Below are positions 39,797 to 54,693 of a stretch of DNA of 64,000 nt, piece by piece. The notes beneath the pieces were generated by a model. That model made no database searches. It was given only the letters and a program-made list of their open reading frames with translations, and was not told where the DNA came from. The stretch spans positions 43,710,001 through 43,774,000 of the forward strand of contig OZ024753.1 of NCBI GenBank assembly GCA_964016885.1. The letters are read 5' to 3'. This DNA comes from Eledone cirrhosa. Lineage: Eukaryota. The stretch's first letter is position 1. The number at the start of each line of letters is the position of its first letter. The translations under genes and the position numbers were made by a program.

Positions 39797-40292
39797 TATA
39801 GTTGAATGCATGTAACTTGAGTTTGTTTTTATGTTTAAGAATCAAAATATGTATGCATTGGTCTGTATATATGTGTGTTAGGAAGCAATATATATGTGTA
39901 TATAAATGATGTGTTATGAAGCAATGTATATATGTGTGTATGAATGAAAGTATATACACATAGGTCTGTGTATATATGTGTGTATATGAATGAAAATATG
40001 TACACATAGGTCTGTATATATGTGTTAACACACATATATACAGACCTATGTGTACATATTAACACACATATATACAGACCTATGTGTACATATTTTCATT
40101 CATATACACACATATATACACAGACCTATGTGTATATACTTTCATTCATACACACATATATACATTGCTTCATAACACACCATTTATATACACATATATA
40201 TTGCTTCATAACACACATATATACAGACCAATGTATACATATTTTGATTTGTAAACACAAACACAAACTCATGTTACATGCATTCAACTATA
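39797..40292. repeat. ~500-bp palindrome
   Basis: Arms pair from TATAGTTGAATGCATGTAAC to GTTACATGCATTCAACTATA. The centre is near GTGTTAACAC (about 40026), with a 34-bp duplication beside it. Confidence 0.9.
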
Positions 40293-40884
40293 CATATACA
40301 ATGTATATATGTGTGTATGAAGCAATGTATATATGTGTGTATGAATGAAAGTATGTACACATAGGTCTGTGTATATATATGTGTATATGAATAAAAGTAT
40401 GTACACATAGGTCTGTGTATATATATGTGTATATGAATGAAAGTATGTCCACATAGGAATGTGTATGTGTGTATATGAATGAAAGTATGTCCACAGAGGT
40501 TTGTGTAAGTGTGTGTACTTCCCATTCTACTTCTAAAATAGTGTGTGGTTATTAGTATGTGTTAGTAGCCAGATTAGTGTCTCAGGTTTTAGTGGTTAGA
40601 GATCCAACATGGATCCAATTTTCTTGTCACTCTTCACAGTTTGGTGCCATAAGCGCAAATTGATTACAGCCAAACTGACTGCATATTTCTGCCATAAAAT
40701 TGAGCTTCAGTTAACTTTATAGCAAAACAGTCATTGACGGGGAAAATGTTATGATACGTCAATGTTTGATTGAGGGAGTTTGTTGTCAGGTACGGATGGG
40801 CAGAGAATGTTTGTGAATAGCTCTGTATATGTGTGTATTTATGTCTATTTATTTGTATGTGCACACACTCACACACACACACAC

Positions 40885-40926
<42 letters not shown>

Positions 40927-40965
40927 GTACATATATGTATATATATGTATATATATATATATACA

Positions 40966-41016
<51 letters not shown>

Positions 41017-41038
41017 ACATATATATATATATATATAA

Positions 41039-41087
<49 letters not shown>

Positions 41088-41349
41088 ACATATATATATA
41101 TATATATAATGTACATATATGTATATATATGTATATATATGTATATATATGTATATATATATATACATATATGTATATATATATATACATATATGTATAT
41201 ATATATATACATATATATATGTATATATATGTATATATATATGTATATATATGTATATATATATATACATATATGTATATATATATATACATATATATAT
41301 GTATATATATGTATATATATATGTATATATATGTATATATATATATACA

Positions 41350-41388
<39 letters not shown>

Positions 41389-41406
41389 ACATATATATAT
41401 ATATGT

Positions 41407-41438
<32 letters not shown>

Positions 41439-41611
41439 GTATACATATATATATACATATATGTGTGCATATATATGTATACACAAACATATGCCCATAT
41501 ACATATATATATATACATTCATATATGTGTGCATATATATGTATACACAAACATATGCCCATATAAATACATACAAGCATACATACATATATTATTATAT
41601 ATACATGTGAA

Positions 41612-41803
41612 TTGGCAGTGAATTAGTAGTACCGGTAGAGGGTCGGACGCCATGCTTTCCAGCATAGTGTTACGTCCCTTTATGGTCTGAGTTCAAATCC
41701 TGCCGAGGTTAACTTTGCCTTTCATCCTTACGGGGTCGATAAAATAAAGTACCAGTAATGCACTGGGATAATTGCTGGCCTTGTGCCAAAAGTAGAAACA
41801 ATT
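41612..41803 (+). mobile_element. SINE family A
   Basis: Matches the consensus. Confidence 0.85.
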
Positions 41804-42292
41804 ATATATACATATGTGTAAGTATAATATTGAAAACACGACTGTGTTCCATTTTGATCAATTTATTAAGGAATTTCCACATTTCCCTCTTAGTTTGGGA
41901 TGACTTCTTTAGTCATCTCTCGAAGGTGAGGCATTCAATTTGTTTTTACTAATGGCTAGAATATGTGGCTTGTCACAGCTTCCCTAAATTTATGAGAGTA
42001 TCAATGGTTCTTAATAAAAAATATCCAACTAAAGCATAATTGTGTTTTCAATATAATGTGTGTGAAAGTAAAGCTGCTCTTTACATACATACATACATAC
42101 ATACACACATGCATACATGTTTATTTTATTGGTTTGTGTGATAAACCAACTAAACCTGTACTGAATTAAGGAGTCCTACATATACAGTGTTTACAGTGAA
42201 TATAATAATATTATTATTTATTAATGGGGACTGTTTACTTCAAAGGTTTTTCAATGTTTATCGATGCAGTAATGATGTAGGGCAACCTTTGG

Positions 42293-42348
<56 letters not shown>

Positions 42349-42428
42349 TGTTGTAAGTTTAGGTAGGAGGGTAGGTGAGAGATGATGTGTAGATGCAATA
42401 AACAGGTAATTTGTATTCTCTCTCTCTC

Positions 42429-42459
<31 letters not shown>

Positions 42460-42678
42460 TGCATATATATATATATGCATATATATATATATATATATAT
42501 ATGCATATATATATATATATATATATATGCATATATATATATATATATGCATATATATATATACATATATATATATATACTCACACATATATATACATAC
42601 ATATCATCATTATCATTTTACGTCCGCTTTTCCCAGCTTGCAAGGGTGGGACGGGAACTGATTCTGGCTTATATATAT

Positions 42679-42713
<35 letters not shown>

Positions 42714-42752
42714 CACATATATATATATATATATATATTTACACACACACAT

Positions 42753-42842
<90 letters not shown>

Positions 42843-43008
42843 AGAAATGCGCATATATTTGAAATGCGCATAATAAAATACATGGAACTCCTTTAACTAT
42901 CTTTTGTTCTTATATATTATGTATACTCTAGTCCTACAAACTGTAGAGTGCTTCTTATCTGATATCTGCATTGCTTTATTGTACTACAATAAAACTCACC
43001 TCCTACAT
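42843..43008 (+). mobile_element. Fragment of the HHR element seen at 23900-24180, beginning at the GAAA-TGCGCA motif
   Basis: 42861-42912 matches 24127-24180 directly; 42892-43008 is the reverse complement of about 23900-24018. Confidence 0.8.
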
Positions 43009-43355
43009 ATATATATATATATATATATATAGTAGTGGTTAAAATTGCCAAAGTCCATCTCAACAGCCAATGACCCTGAAGTTATGTGTCCTTTGTTTGC
43101 ATTTTTTTTTTTTTTTTAGATAATTTTTGGAAAGAACAATGGAAACATTGTTTCTTTTGTTCAATTCAATGATTTCCATTTCCAGTCTGGAAGCAAATGA
43201 GATCTGGGATCTCATTGATCGATGATAAAAAAAAAACTAGCTTCATAAAGTTCGTCTTACTAACGCTAATTCACATGACCACTGAGAGGCTATTGTCTTA
43301 GATAAAAAAAAAATATATATATGTATATATATATATCCACATATACTTTTATTTT

Positions 43356-43392
<37 letters not shown>

Positions 43393-43432
43393 TCACACAT
43401 ACTTTTATTTTTATTTTTTTGGAAAGTATCAG

Positions 43433-43516
<84 letters not shown>

Positions 43517-43833
43517 AGGTTTTTTTTTGTTTGCTTTTTGTGGAAAGTATCAGTAGGTAGGCATTTAGCACAGAGTAGATTAGAACTATTGTCTGTAAAG
43601 GGGATTGAGTGTTCTAGAAGACAGGATTTTCGAAGACTAAATGATCATACCTTACTAAGTATACTGATTGTTTATAGTATTTTGTTTTTGCAATTTATTT
43701 ATTTACTGTTACAGTGTTGTTTGTTTTCTATCCACGATTGTGTGATATGAAATACATCTGACAGTTCATTGATATAGAAAACAGAAATGATATATCTACT
43801 TGTCTGAAAATCAGATGTTTGAAGAGGTAAAAG

Positions 43834-43907
<74 letters not shown>

Positions 43908-43916
43908 AATGAAAAA

Positions 43917-43947
<31 letters not shown>

Positions 43948-45937
43948 TTATATATAAACAAAGCTATGAGCATAAATAATAAATAAATATGTAAATAAAG
44001 CAAAAGTTTCTCTGTAACCATTAGTTATTCATCACTTAATTCTTGTTCAGTTACTCCAAGTTTGATGCAATTATATTAAATTGCAGTCAACTAATAATGA
44101 AGTTAGACAAAATATATTTACTTTTCTTTTTCTTCTATTTTATTCCAAGTTGAGTCTGTATGACAAGAGAAGGAAGAAAGGTATTATATGAAAAGTATTT
44201 ACAATTAAAGCTGTCACCCATAATGCATTGCTAACATATCAGTGTATTTCTAAGTGACAGTTTTATTATAGGTGTTTTAAAAGAAGAAAGAGTATTGAAT
44301 TTGTGAGACACAAGCCTGATATTGTTGTTGTTTCCTCTAGAAATAGTAAACTTGTTGTAATAAGGATAGATAGCAGTACAAGAGAATATTTAACTATTTC
44401 TTTTGAACTGTAATTTGATTGGTGGGGACTTATACTTAATAGTATTTTTATTTATAGATTATATTCACCAATATAAACAACCTTCCGATTATCGAACCAA
44501 CCAACCAACCAGCCAACCAACCGGAAATTTATAATAAATTGAAGTCAAAACCAACTGGTGCATGTGTTTTTATTGGCAACATGACCCTCCCAAAGTATAA
44601 AAATATCTGTTTCAACATGTTTTCAGATAAGAAATTTCACAAAACAAATTCAAAAACAAATATTCCCAATGTTCTCTGTTTAAAGAGTTACTGTTCTATG
44701 CTGTTTCTCAAAGTTGTAAGTTGGCTTGGTACATAGTTTATGATATTTGAATCGCATAGCTTACCTTAGAAAATCTTCCAATTTGACCTGGAGGAATGAC
44801 ATCATGCAAATAATCATATTATTTTACTGGTTTCAGTCTTTAAACTGCAGCCATGTTAGGGTTTTACCCCGATTTAGTTGATTATATCAACCCCAGCACT
44901 TATTTAAGTCTGGTACGGATTCTACTGATTTCTGTTTCGTCAAACTGTTAAATTACAGCCACAATCACAATCACAGACAAGGACACACACACACATCCCA
45001 TTTTTTGTCAAACTGTTAAATTACTACCATAAACATAATCATAATCAGACACACACAGACACACACACACACATACACGCGCACATATATAGTTTATATT
45101 AAAGTTGATACACTCAATGTGATGTAGCCATAGTGTGGTTTACTAATATCTAAGAATGACTTGCTAATGTTGTTTTGTGTGTGTTAATTCAAATGTTGAT
45201 AGTATTTTTACTAGTAGATAAATCTTTATAAAAAGTTGCTGTATTAGATAGATTGCAGTAAAAACTTTAATATTTAATATGATGTCGTCATGGTGCTGTT
45301 TTGTACTTTACAAGAATGCTTTCTTAATGTGTTTTCATGTTTGAACAGGACGTTAAGAGTTTAAAATATAACCTCATTTTGATATATATATTGAATTTTG
45401 TGAGCTTCTTTAACCATTTGATAATACGATCAGAAGAAAGCAAGTAGATAGAGAACATGAATATTTAATGAATGCAAATATTCTTTAATACATTAATCTT
45501 ATAATGCAATCTGTTCACTTGAATTCTCTCATAAGCTTAACATCTTGAAAATATTTTCCATGGCACAAAACACAGATCAATACATGGTTTTTTTTTTTAG
45601 TTCACTTGGCTAAATTTTTAAATTGTATTTTATTGATATATATCCTATACATATTTGTATAGTTAAATATGGAGGATGGCTTGCTTGTTGGAGCAATTGT
45701 TTTCATAGCTGGGTGCTCATAAGTGTTGTTAACTGATCAACTGTTAACTAGGAGTGGCATCTACACACATGCGCATGCACTCATGCATAAACACACACAT
45801 ATGCACACACTTGCACACACACACATATACATATGTATATATATATATATGTAAAAAGTAAATAGAAATAATAAAGCTAAAGACACAGTACATTGAAGAA
45901 ATATATTAGTTTAACACTTGAAATAACTGGAAAAGCG

Positions 45938-45972
45938 TCTTAATGTTTCAGACACTAATCCTTCATCAGAAA
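45938..45972 (-). ncRNA. Degenerate minimal hammerhead motif
   Basis: Minus strand reads TTT CTGATGA AGGATTAGTGTCT GAAA CA TT AAGA, with a weak stem I. Truncated relatives lie at about 34200-34227 and 54065-54086. Confidence 0.45.
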
Positions 45973-46007
45973 TAGAATTATAAATAAATGATAATTGAGA
46001 GAGAGAA

Positions 46008-46055
<48 letters not shown>

Positions 46056-46319
46056 TTAACAGTAGCACTAACATATGTATGCACTCTGGTGGAGTCATAG
46101 GGACATTACAGTGATATACAGCATTTCTTGGACATTTTCTTTTAAACCTGAGAGAGGTCACATCCTCTCCAAGTCTGAACACAGTGAATTTCTTCCATTA
46201 TAGAAATAAATGTATTTGTCTCAATAGAAAAAAAATTCCAAAGAGAATGAAAAATCAATTTTTAAATGTTACACCATTTTATCATATCTATTTTAGACTA
46301 AGAAAGGTTTTTATTGTAA

Positions 46320-46640
46320 AAGAAAGATTGTTACAGGGAAAGATTTTTACCAGGAAAGAAAGATTTTAACCATGCAAGAAAGATTTTTACTTTGAAAGAA
46401 AGATTTTTACTTTTGAAAGAAAGATTTTTACTTTTGAAAGAAAGATATTTAAAAGGAGAGAAAGATTTTCAATCTGAAAGAAATTGTTACAGGGAAAGAT
46501 TTTTAGAGGGAAAGAAAGATTTTTATTGTGAAAGGAAAATTGTTTCAATGGTAAGAAAGATCATGAAGTGAAAGAATGATTGCTAAATGAAGAGAAAGAT
46601 TATTACTGTGAAAGGAAAATTGTTAAAGGGGAAGAAAGAA
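46320..46640. repeat. Degenerate ~20-bp purine-rich tandem repeat
   Basis: GAAAGAAAGATTTTTAC-like units. Confidence 0.75.
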
Positions 46641-46959
46641 ACAAAACAATGTGGATTGTGAGTAGTAAGGTTGAGAAAATGTCAAGATAAGTAAGACTAT
46701 TCACATTATTATGTCCGAAGTGTGTATCAATAAATGATTTGGCTTCCAACACTGAAGTAGCCTGCGGCCATAACGTATGTAGTGAATCAAGGAATGGCAT
46801 AGCACATTGTAAGTACATCAAATATATTTAATAAATATATATATACACACACATACACACTTATTACTTACATATGTATATTTGTGTATATGTGTCTATC
46901 TATTTATAATCATCATAATTTAAAGTCTGTTTTCCTTGCTAGAATACACACACACTATG

Positions 46960-46994
<35 letters not shown>

Positions 46995-48073
46995 GTATGC
47001 ATAAGTTTAAAACTGGTATAATACTATTATATATATATACACATGTACAAAGTCCTCAAGGAAAGAGAATAGAGTGAACTATTATATTTTTTTTATTTTC
47101 TTATTATTATCATTATTATTATTATCATTATATCTGGAGGAAAGTTCTTCAAATCCAAGACACGTATAAATAGCAGAAATTGTTAAAGAAATCAAAATAG
47201 AATATGGATATATTTGATGTCACATTATGAATGTTAAAATTACCTGAGGTTTCTATTGTAATTTCAAATAAGTAAGAATAAAATCCGGTATCCAAGGAAA
47301 TTAAAAGAAATAAAATCAGTAAAAGTCTTCTGAACTTGGAGCATGTTGTGTGTTTGAGTTGAGTCTTTTCACTTATCTGTTTCTTAAGAATTCACCTACC
47401 ATTTTCTAAATTCATGACAGAAGACATTGTAAGGAAGGTGTATTTAGTCATTAGAAAACAATGCCTCTGTCATCTTTAGTTAGACATAGATGTTAACCAA
47501 GATTTTCTTCTTAAACAGTTGAAATCTATATAAGTTCTTTTGTTTTTGCTTGTTGTTGTTTGTATTGTAGTTTTTTTTGTTTCATTATTTTTCGTATTTT
47601 AGTTACTTATAAGAACAATGTTGCATTTTCCAACATGGAGCCTCAAGTAAATAGGTCTTCATTCATGAGATTAGAATTCTTAAATATTGGAACAAAGGTA
47701 GTTTCTTTAAAAAATATCTTTTTACAGAAAATGTGAATAGATCTTTCTTAAATTTATATTTACATTTACACTTTTCTTTTTGCAAAATAATTAATAGAAT
47801 GAAGCAAATAAAATAGTTGCAACAGAGGATTAAAACCCAGGATTTACATACATGATGTCAAGGACTTTTCTTCTGTTTTAATATCTGGTGAGGAAGATAA
47901 GTGGAACCCGAGTAGCACAGAAAAAAAGAGCTGTTAAAAGGGTGGATGAAGTCCTCAGAGTCAATGGACATCCACCCCAACTATGGGTTAAATAGCTTTA
48001 TAAACCTGCAATTGGCCAAGCATTGTGAGTAAAGCCACATCCCTGAAGACATGACCAAAACCAAACAGAAAGT

Positions 48074-48845
48074 GGTGGAGGTCAACCAGAGAGAAGTTCC
48101 TCCACCAGCAGTGAAAAGGCCCTGGATTGGATTGGATGGAGGTCAACCAGAGAGAAGTTCCTCCACCAGCAGTGAAAAGGCCCTGGATTGAGTTGGATGG
48201 AGGTCAACCAGAGAGAAGTTCCTCCACCAGCAGTGAAAAGGCCCTGGATTGGGTTGGATGGAGGTCAACCAGAGAGAAGTTCCTCCACCAGCAGTGAAAA
48301 GGCCCTGGATTGGGTTGGATGGAGGTCAACCAGAGAGAAGTTCCTCCACCAGCAGTGAAAAGGCCCTGGATTGAGTTGGATGGAGGTCAACCAGAGAGAA
48401 GTTCCTCCACCAGCAGTGAAAATGCCCTGGATTGGGTTGGATGGAGGTCAACCAGGGAGAAGTTCTTCCACCAGCAGTGAAAAGGCCCTGGATTGGGTTG
48501 GATGGAGGTCAACCAGAGAGAAGTTCCTCCACCAGCAGTGAAAAGGCCCTGGATTGGGTTGGATGGAGGTCAACCAGAGAGAAGTTCCTCCACCAGCAGT
48601 GAAAATGCCCTGGATTGGGTTGGATGGAGGTCAACCAGGGAGAAGTTCTTCCATCAGTAGTGAAAAGGCCCTGGATTGAGTTGGATGGAGGTCAACCAGG
48701 GAGAAGTTCCTCCACCAGCAGTGAAAATGCCCTGGATTGGGTTGGATGGAGGTCAACCAGAGAGAAGTTCCTCCACCAGCAGTGAAAATGCCCTGGATTG
48801 GGTTGGATGGAGGTCAACCAGGGAGAAGTTCTTCCATCAGTAGTA
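48074..48845. repeat. 61-bp tandem array, ~12.5 copies, amplified from a dispersed repeat
   Basis: Unit GATGGAGGTCAACCAGAGAGAAGTTCCTCCACCAGCAGTGAAAAGGCCCTGGATTGGGTTG. Confidence 0.97.
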
Positions 48846-48892
48846 AGAAAGCTCTGAATTGGATTGGAATACTTATTATCACGATAAGAAAG

Positions 48893-49770
48893 ATAATTGT
48901 TTCTACTTTAGGCACAAGGCCAGCAATTACCCAGTGCATTACTGGTACTTTATTTTATCAACCCCGTAAGGATGAAAGGCAAAGTTAACCTCGGCAGGAT
49001 TTGAACTCAGAATGGCAAGAGCCGTAACCCTATGCGTCAAAGCATGGCGTCCGACCCTCTACTGATACTGCCAATTCACCATAATTATTATTATTATTAT
49101 CATCAGTAGGGCAGTAGATTGGTAATATTGGTAATACTTCGGAGAAAATGCTTTGTAGCATATAGTTACAGCCCTTTATGTTCTGAGTTCGAATCCTGCC
49201 GAGGTTAACTATTTCTTTCATCCTTATGGGGTTGATAAATAAAGCACCAAGTACCAGTAATGAACTGGGTTTCATTCAAACAAGTTTCCTTTTCCCACAA
49301 AATTGTTGACCTTGAGCTTAAATCAGAAATCATTATTATTATTATTAACCCATTGCTAGCGTGGAAAATGGACGTTAAACGAAGATGATGATGGTGATGA
49401 TGATGATGATGGGGTGCTGGATTCAGCAAAGAGTTATAGCTCCTAATGGTCTGAGTTCAAATCCAGCCGAGGTTAACTTTGCCTTTCATCCTTACGGGGG
49501 TCGATAAAATAAAGTACCAGTCACGCACTGGGGTCAATTTAATAGACCCCCCCCCAAAAAAAAAAAAGATTGCTGGCCTTGTGCCTATATAAAAAACCAT
49601 TATTATTATTATACATCCTTACGGGGTCGATAAAATAAAATCCCGCCGAGGTTAACTTTGCCTTTCATCTGTACGGGGGGGTCGATAAAATAAAAGTACC
49701 AGTAATGTACTGGGTAATTGCTGGCCTTGTGCCTAAAGTAGAAACAATTATTATTATTATTATTATTATC
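48893..49770. mobile_element. Cluster of SINE family A copies (one minus, several plus or partial) and an RTE tail
   Basis: Consensus matches at about 48893-49081 (-), 49107-49340, 49425-49610 and 49615-49770 (+). Confidence 0.85.
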
Positions 49771-50300
49771 ATCAGTAAGTTTCTCCAGATGCTTCTTCCA
49801 TTCATGTTAAACATATATTACAGTAAATCATATGACAGCCCTCCTGCCCTTAAAAAAAAAAGCCCCAACAATAATATAGATGCTTTCTAAAGGTTACTCT
49901 ATCTTATGGACAGAGTTTTTGTATCAAAATCTATTAATGTAAGATTGGCCATGAAAAACAAACAAACACACTGAACAAAACCCAACTAAATTTCCTGTGT
50001 GTATTTGGCAAAAATTAATATTTTTATTAGCGTTATCATTGTTATAGTATCAAGATGTGTTGTTATTGGCAAAGAAAATATATATGTATATATTATTATT
50101 ACTATATATATGTGTGTGTGTATATATATATATATATTATTATTATATATGTATGTGTGTGCGTGTATATATATATATATATATATATTATTATTACTAT
50201 ATATGTATGTGTGTGCGTGTATATATATATATATATATTATTATTACTATATATATGTGTGCGTGTATATATATATATATATATTATTACTATATATATA

Positions 50301-50333
<33 letters not shown>

Positions 50334-51282
50334 TATTATTACTATATATGTGTGTGCGTGTATATATATATATATATATATATATGTTTCTGCCAATAAT
50401 ATCAACATATGATGGAGTTATTTCCCATCTAAGTAATGATAATATATATCAGCACAATTTTAAGATGTAATGTTAATAAAATTGTATTGTGGAAGATAGA
50501 TTGTATTAAGATGATAATATATCTTCATCGCAGTCTCTTGGGGAGACATTGTTCCTTCAGAAAAAAATGAATGAATATATTCTTTCTTCAGCAGTGTTGC
50601 TGGTAGCAATGTTTAAAGTGCTAGTCTACATGTCTTGTTGTGAGAGCATGTGGTTAGGTAGGACTGAATTTATCAAGAGGCAGAGAGGGTGGTTACACTG
50701 AGCACCCCTTGTTAAACAAAGCTCCCTTTAAGAATAGCCCCCCACCCCCTTCAAACCTGAACTTTGTCAGGCACCCCAAACCTACCCTAAACTGATCCAC
50801 CCCCTTCCAAAATCTAAACTGCTTTGACCCCCGACCCCCCAATCTGAACTTTCCTGAGGCCTCCAAGGTCTAAATATCATCCTGTGGTGAGAAGGTTTGC
50901 TCACTAGTGTAAGGTCACGAGTTTGATTCTTGATGAAAAATTGTTTCCTTGAGCAAGACACTTTGTTTCACGTTGCTTCATTCCATTCAGCTGGAACAAA
51001 TGTACTGTTTCATTTCATGTTTTGTGCAGAAAGAGAAACCAGCAAACCTTGTACCATGTTCAATCAGTCATACACTTACTACGAAGAGAGAGACACTAAA
51101 CTGAATGAGATCCATGCACGACACTGTGTCCATAGCCAAGACACTAAAGAAGTATTGTTTAGATAAAATTAATAGAGATAAATGTAAAGTAACATCAATG
51201 TATTTGCTGTTAGTAAAAGGAAAATATATCAACATTTCCTCCTTTAGTTTCTGACAAATACATTACTTTTACATCTAATACT

Positions 51283-52642
51283 TGTTTCTACTTTAGGCAC
51301 AAGGCCAGCAATTACCCAGTGCATTACCGGTACTTTATTTTATCGACCCCGTAAGGATGAAAGGCAAAGTCAACCTCGGCGGGATTTGAACTCAGATCGT
51401 AAAGGGACGTAACTATGCTGGAAAGCATGGCGTCCGACCCTCTACCGATACTGCCAATCCACCGCCCTAACATGGCGTCCGACCCTCTACCGATACTGCC
51501 AATCCACCGCCCTAACATGGCGTCCGACCCTCTACCGATACTTTTACATCTAATACTGTTGCTTTTAGTTTTCTCCATTGGATTACTTTGTTGGTGGGAC
51601 ATCGGTAGAGGGCTGGACGCCATGCTTTTCAGCAGAGTTACGGCCCTTTACGGTCTGGGTTCAAATCCCACCGAGGTTAACTTTGCCTTTCATCCTTACG
51701 GGGTATAAAAAATAAAGTACCAGTCATGCACTGGTGTCGATTTAATCGACTTAATCCCCCCCCCCCCAAAAAAGAAATTGCAGGCCTTGTGCCTATATAA
51801 GAAACCATTATTATTATTATTATTAAATAAAGTACCAGGGCGGTGGATTGGCAGTATCGGTAGAGGGTCGGACGCCATGCTTTGACGCATAGAGTTATGG
51901 CCCTTGCTATTCTGAGTTCAAATCCCGCCAAGGTTAACTTTGCCTTTCATCCTTACGGTCAATAAAATAAAGTACCAGTAATGCACTGGGATAATTGCTG
52001 GCCTTGTGCCAAAAAGTAGAAACAATTATTATTATTATTAAGGGGCGGTGGATTGGCAATATTAGTAGAGGGTCGGACGCCATGCTTTTCGGTATAGAGA
52101 TACGGCCCTTTACGGTCTGAGTTCAATTCCCGCCGAGGTTGACTTTGCCTTTCATCCTTACGGGGGGGTCGATAAAATAAAGTACCAGTAATACACTGGG
52201 GTAATCGCTGGTCTTGTGCCAAAAGTAGAAACAACTATTATTATTATTATTATTTTGAAGGGCGGTGGATTGGCAGTATCGGTAGAGGGTTGGACGCCAT
52301 GCTGGGGCGGTGGATTGGCAGTATCGGTAGAGGGTTGGACGCCATGCTGGGGCGGTGGATTGGCAGTATCGGTAGAGGGTCGGACGCCATGCTGGGGCGG
52401 TGGATTGGCAGTATCGGTAGAGGGTTGGACGCCATGCTGGGGCGGTGGATTGGCAGTATCGGTAGAGGGTTGGACGCCATGCTTTCCAGCGTAGTTACGT
52501 CTCTTTACGATCTGAGTTCAATTCCCGCCGAGGTTAACTTTGCCTTTCATCCTTACGGGGGGGTCGATAAAATAAAGTACCAGTAATGCACTGGATAATT
52601 GCTGGCCTTGTGCCTAAAGTAGAAACAATTATTATTATTATT
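51283..52642. mobile_element. Cluster of five SINE family A copies, two with 45-bp head multimers
   Basis: Copies at 51283-51538 (-), about 51592-51825, 51838-52040, 52042-52252 and 52261-52642 (+). Confidence 0.9.
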
Positions 52643-52961
52643 TTGATCTAAAGTTAGAATTAATCTAAAGTTAGTATTGAACATAGGAAAAAGCAACTTG
52701 AGGAGAGAGATTTAATCTCCATTTAAGTGGAGTTTGTAGAGAGAAGCTTCTATGGTAGTGTCGCTTTGTTTCAATGAGAAACGATAGACGAATGTGAAGC
52801 ACTGTCAGATATCTTTGAAACATCTTAATGGAAATTAACTTATCTCAGTGATATTATACTAAGACTTCTGTTGCCTTTAAGACCAGGTTATCTTGTTGTT
52901 GTTGTTGGTCGTGTTGCTGGTGGTGGCCGTGTTGGTGTTTTTGGTGCAACTGCTTATTATA

Positions 52962-53006
<45 letters not shown>

Positions 53007-53855
53007 GCATACATACATACATAGTTATATATATATGCATATGTATGTATATATATGTATATATATATATATGCATATGTATGTATATATATATGTATCT
53101 ATATATATATATATGCATATGTATGTATATATATATGTATCTATAAATATATATGCATATGTATGTATATATATGTATCTATATATATATATGCATATGT
53201 ATGTATATACATGTATCTATAAATATATATATATATCTATCTCTCTATCTCTCTCTCTCTATATATATATACTCATACAGACATTCATACATAAATATAT
53301 ATATATATATATATATGTATGTATATGGATATATACAGTGATTCGTTTTTTTTCAAAATATATATAACAAACACTAATATTTCCTCCTATTGAATACGAC
53401 GACAACAGTTGTTGCAATTCTGACGTAGTTTAATATTAATAACTTTGCTCAATTCAGACTCTCTAACCTTTTAGAAATTACTCAATTTACTAAAACTAGC
53501 AGCAGAATATACTACCTCTTTGTGATAATATTCGAGGTGTCTTATATTTCTATCTTAATGGTCTCTTCAGATCCTGCTATGAACCATCTTTCTAGACAGC
53601 TTATGTTCTTCTATAGTACAGTACAGAAACTCCATCAGATTAAGCTTTAGTTTAGCTTCATTCACATCACAATTCAATGGCTTTTTCACTTTTCGTTTTT
53701 CATTGCTTTCTTTTCTTTTCGTTCGTTTTGTGTGTTTTCCGTCATTTTTGTTGTTATTTGTTGTTCATTATATTTGGTTGACATCAATCTAATATATCAT
53801 TTGATATCAATTGCTGTTCACTTATCTCTCAGTTCTCTTGGTTCTCTATTTCTGC

Positions 53856-53888
<33 letters not shown>

Positions 53889-54160
53889 ATTAGTGCAGGA
53901 TATATCGGGGAGGAGGTCATTGAGGGCAAATGATTTGTTTCCACCACGCCCCACCCCATCAAACAGAGCCGTCCCCACCTCACTCTGAACAGCTTCCCCC
54001 TTCTCCCCTCTCTCTCTCATATGTGTATATATATACCTATATATATATATATATATATATAAGGAAGGACTGGTGTCAGAAACATTCAAATATTTTTTCA
54101 TATTATTTCAAGTATTAAACTAATATATTTCTCCATTATACTTCCAAGAAGATGGAGAAG

Positions 54161-54199
<39 letters not shown>

Positions 54200-54505
54200 C
54201 ACTATTACTACTACTACTACCACTATTACTACTACTACTACCACTACTACCACCACCACTACTATTACTACTACTACTACTACTGTATGTATCAATTAAA
54301 TTAGCACATTTTTGTTGAAAAGAGTAAAGGATAAAAGCCAATTGACACAATGTGTTATTTGAAGATGTAATTAAAAATATCTAATTAAATATTGAAAGAC
54401 AATTAATTCAATGTTTTCTTTATTAGTAAGTTTTCGTGGTTGAGTTAGATTAAAGAAATTTTACTAATTTCTTCAAAATTTTTGTGGTGCCTCCAGATTT
54501 TTGTG

Positions 54506-54693
54506 CCCTAGAAAACCATCATGTTAACTTAGTAAGTAGCCTTGACCCTAGAAAACCATCATGTTAACTTAGTAAGTAGCCTTGACCCTAGAAAACCATC
54601 ATGTTAACTTAGTAAGTAGCCTTGACCCTAGAAAACCATCATGTTAACTTAGTGAGTAGCCGTGACCCTAGAAAACCATTATGTTAACTTAGT
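54506..54693. repeat. 40-bp tandem repeat, ~4.7 copies
   Basis: Unit CCCTAGAAAACCATCATGTTAACTTAGTAAGTAGCCTTGA. Confidence 0.93.

Noticed and set aside
53538-53575. Minus-strand CTGAAGA...GAAATATA motif
   Set aside because: Stems I and II pair poorly.
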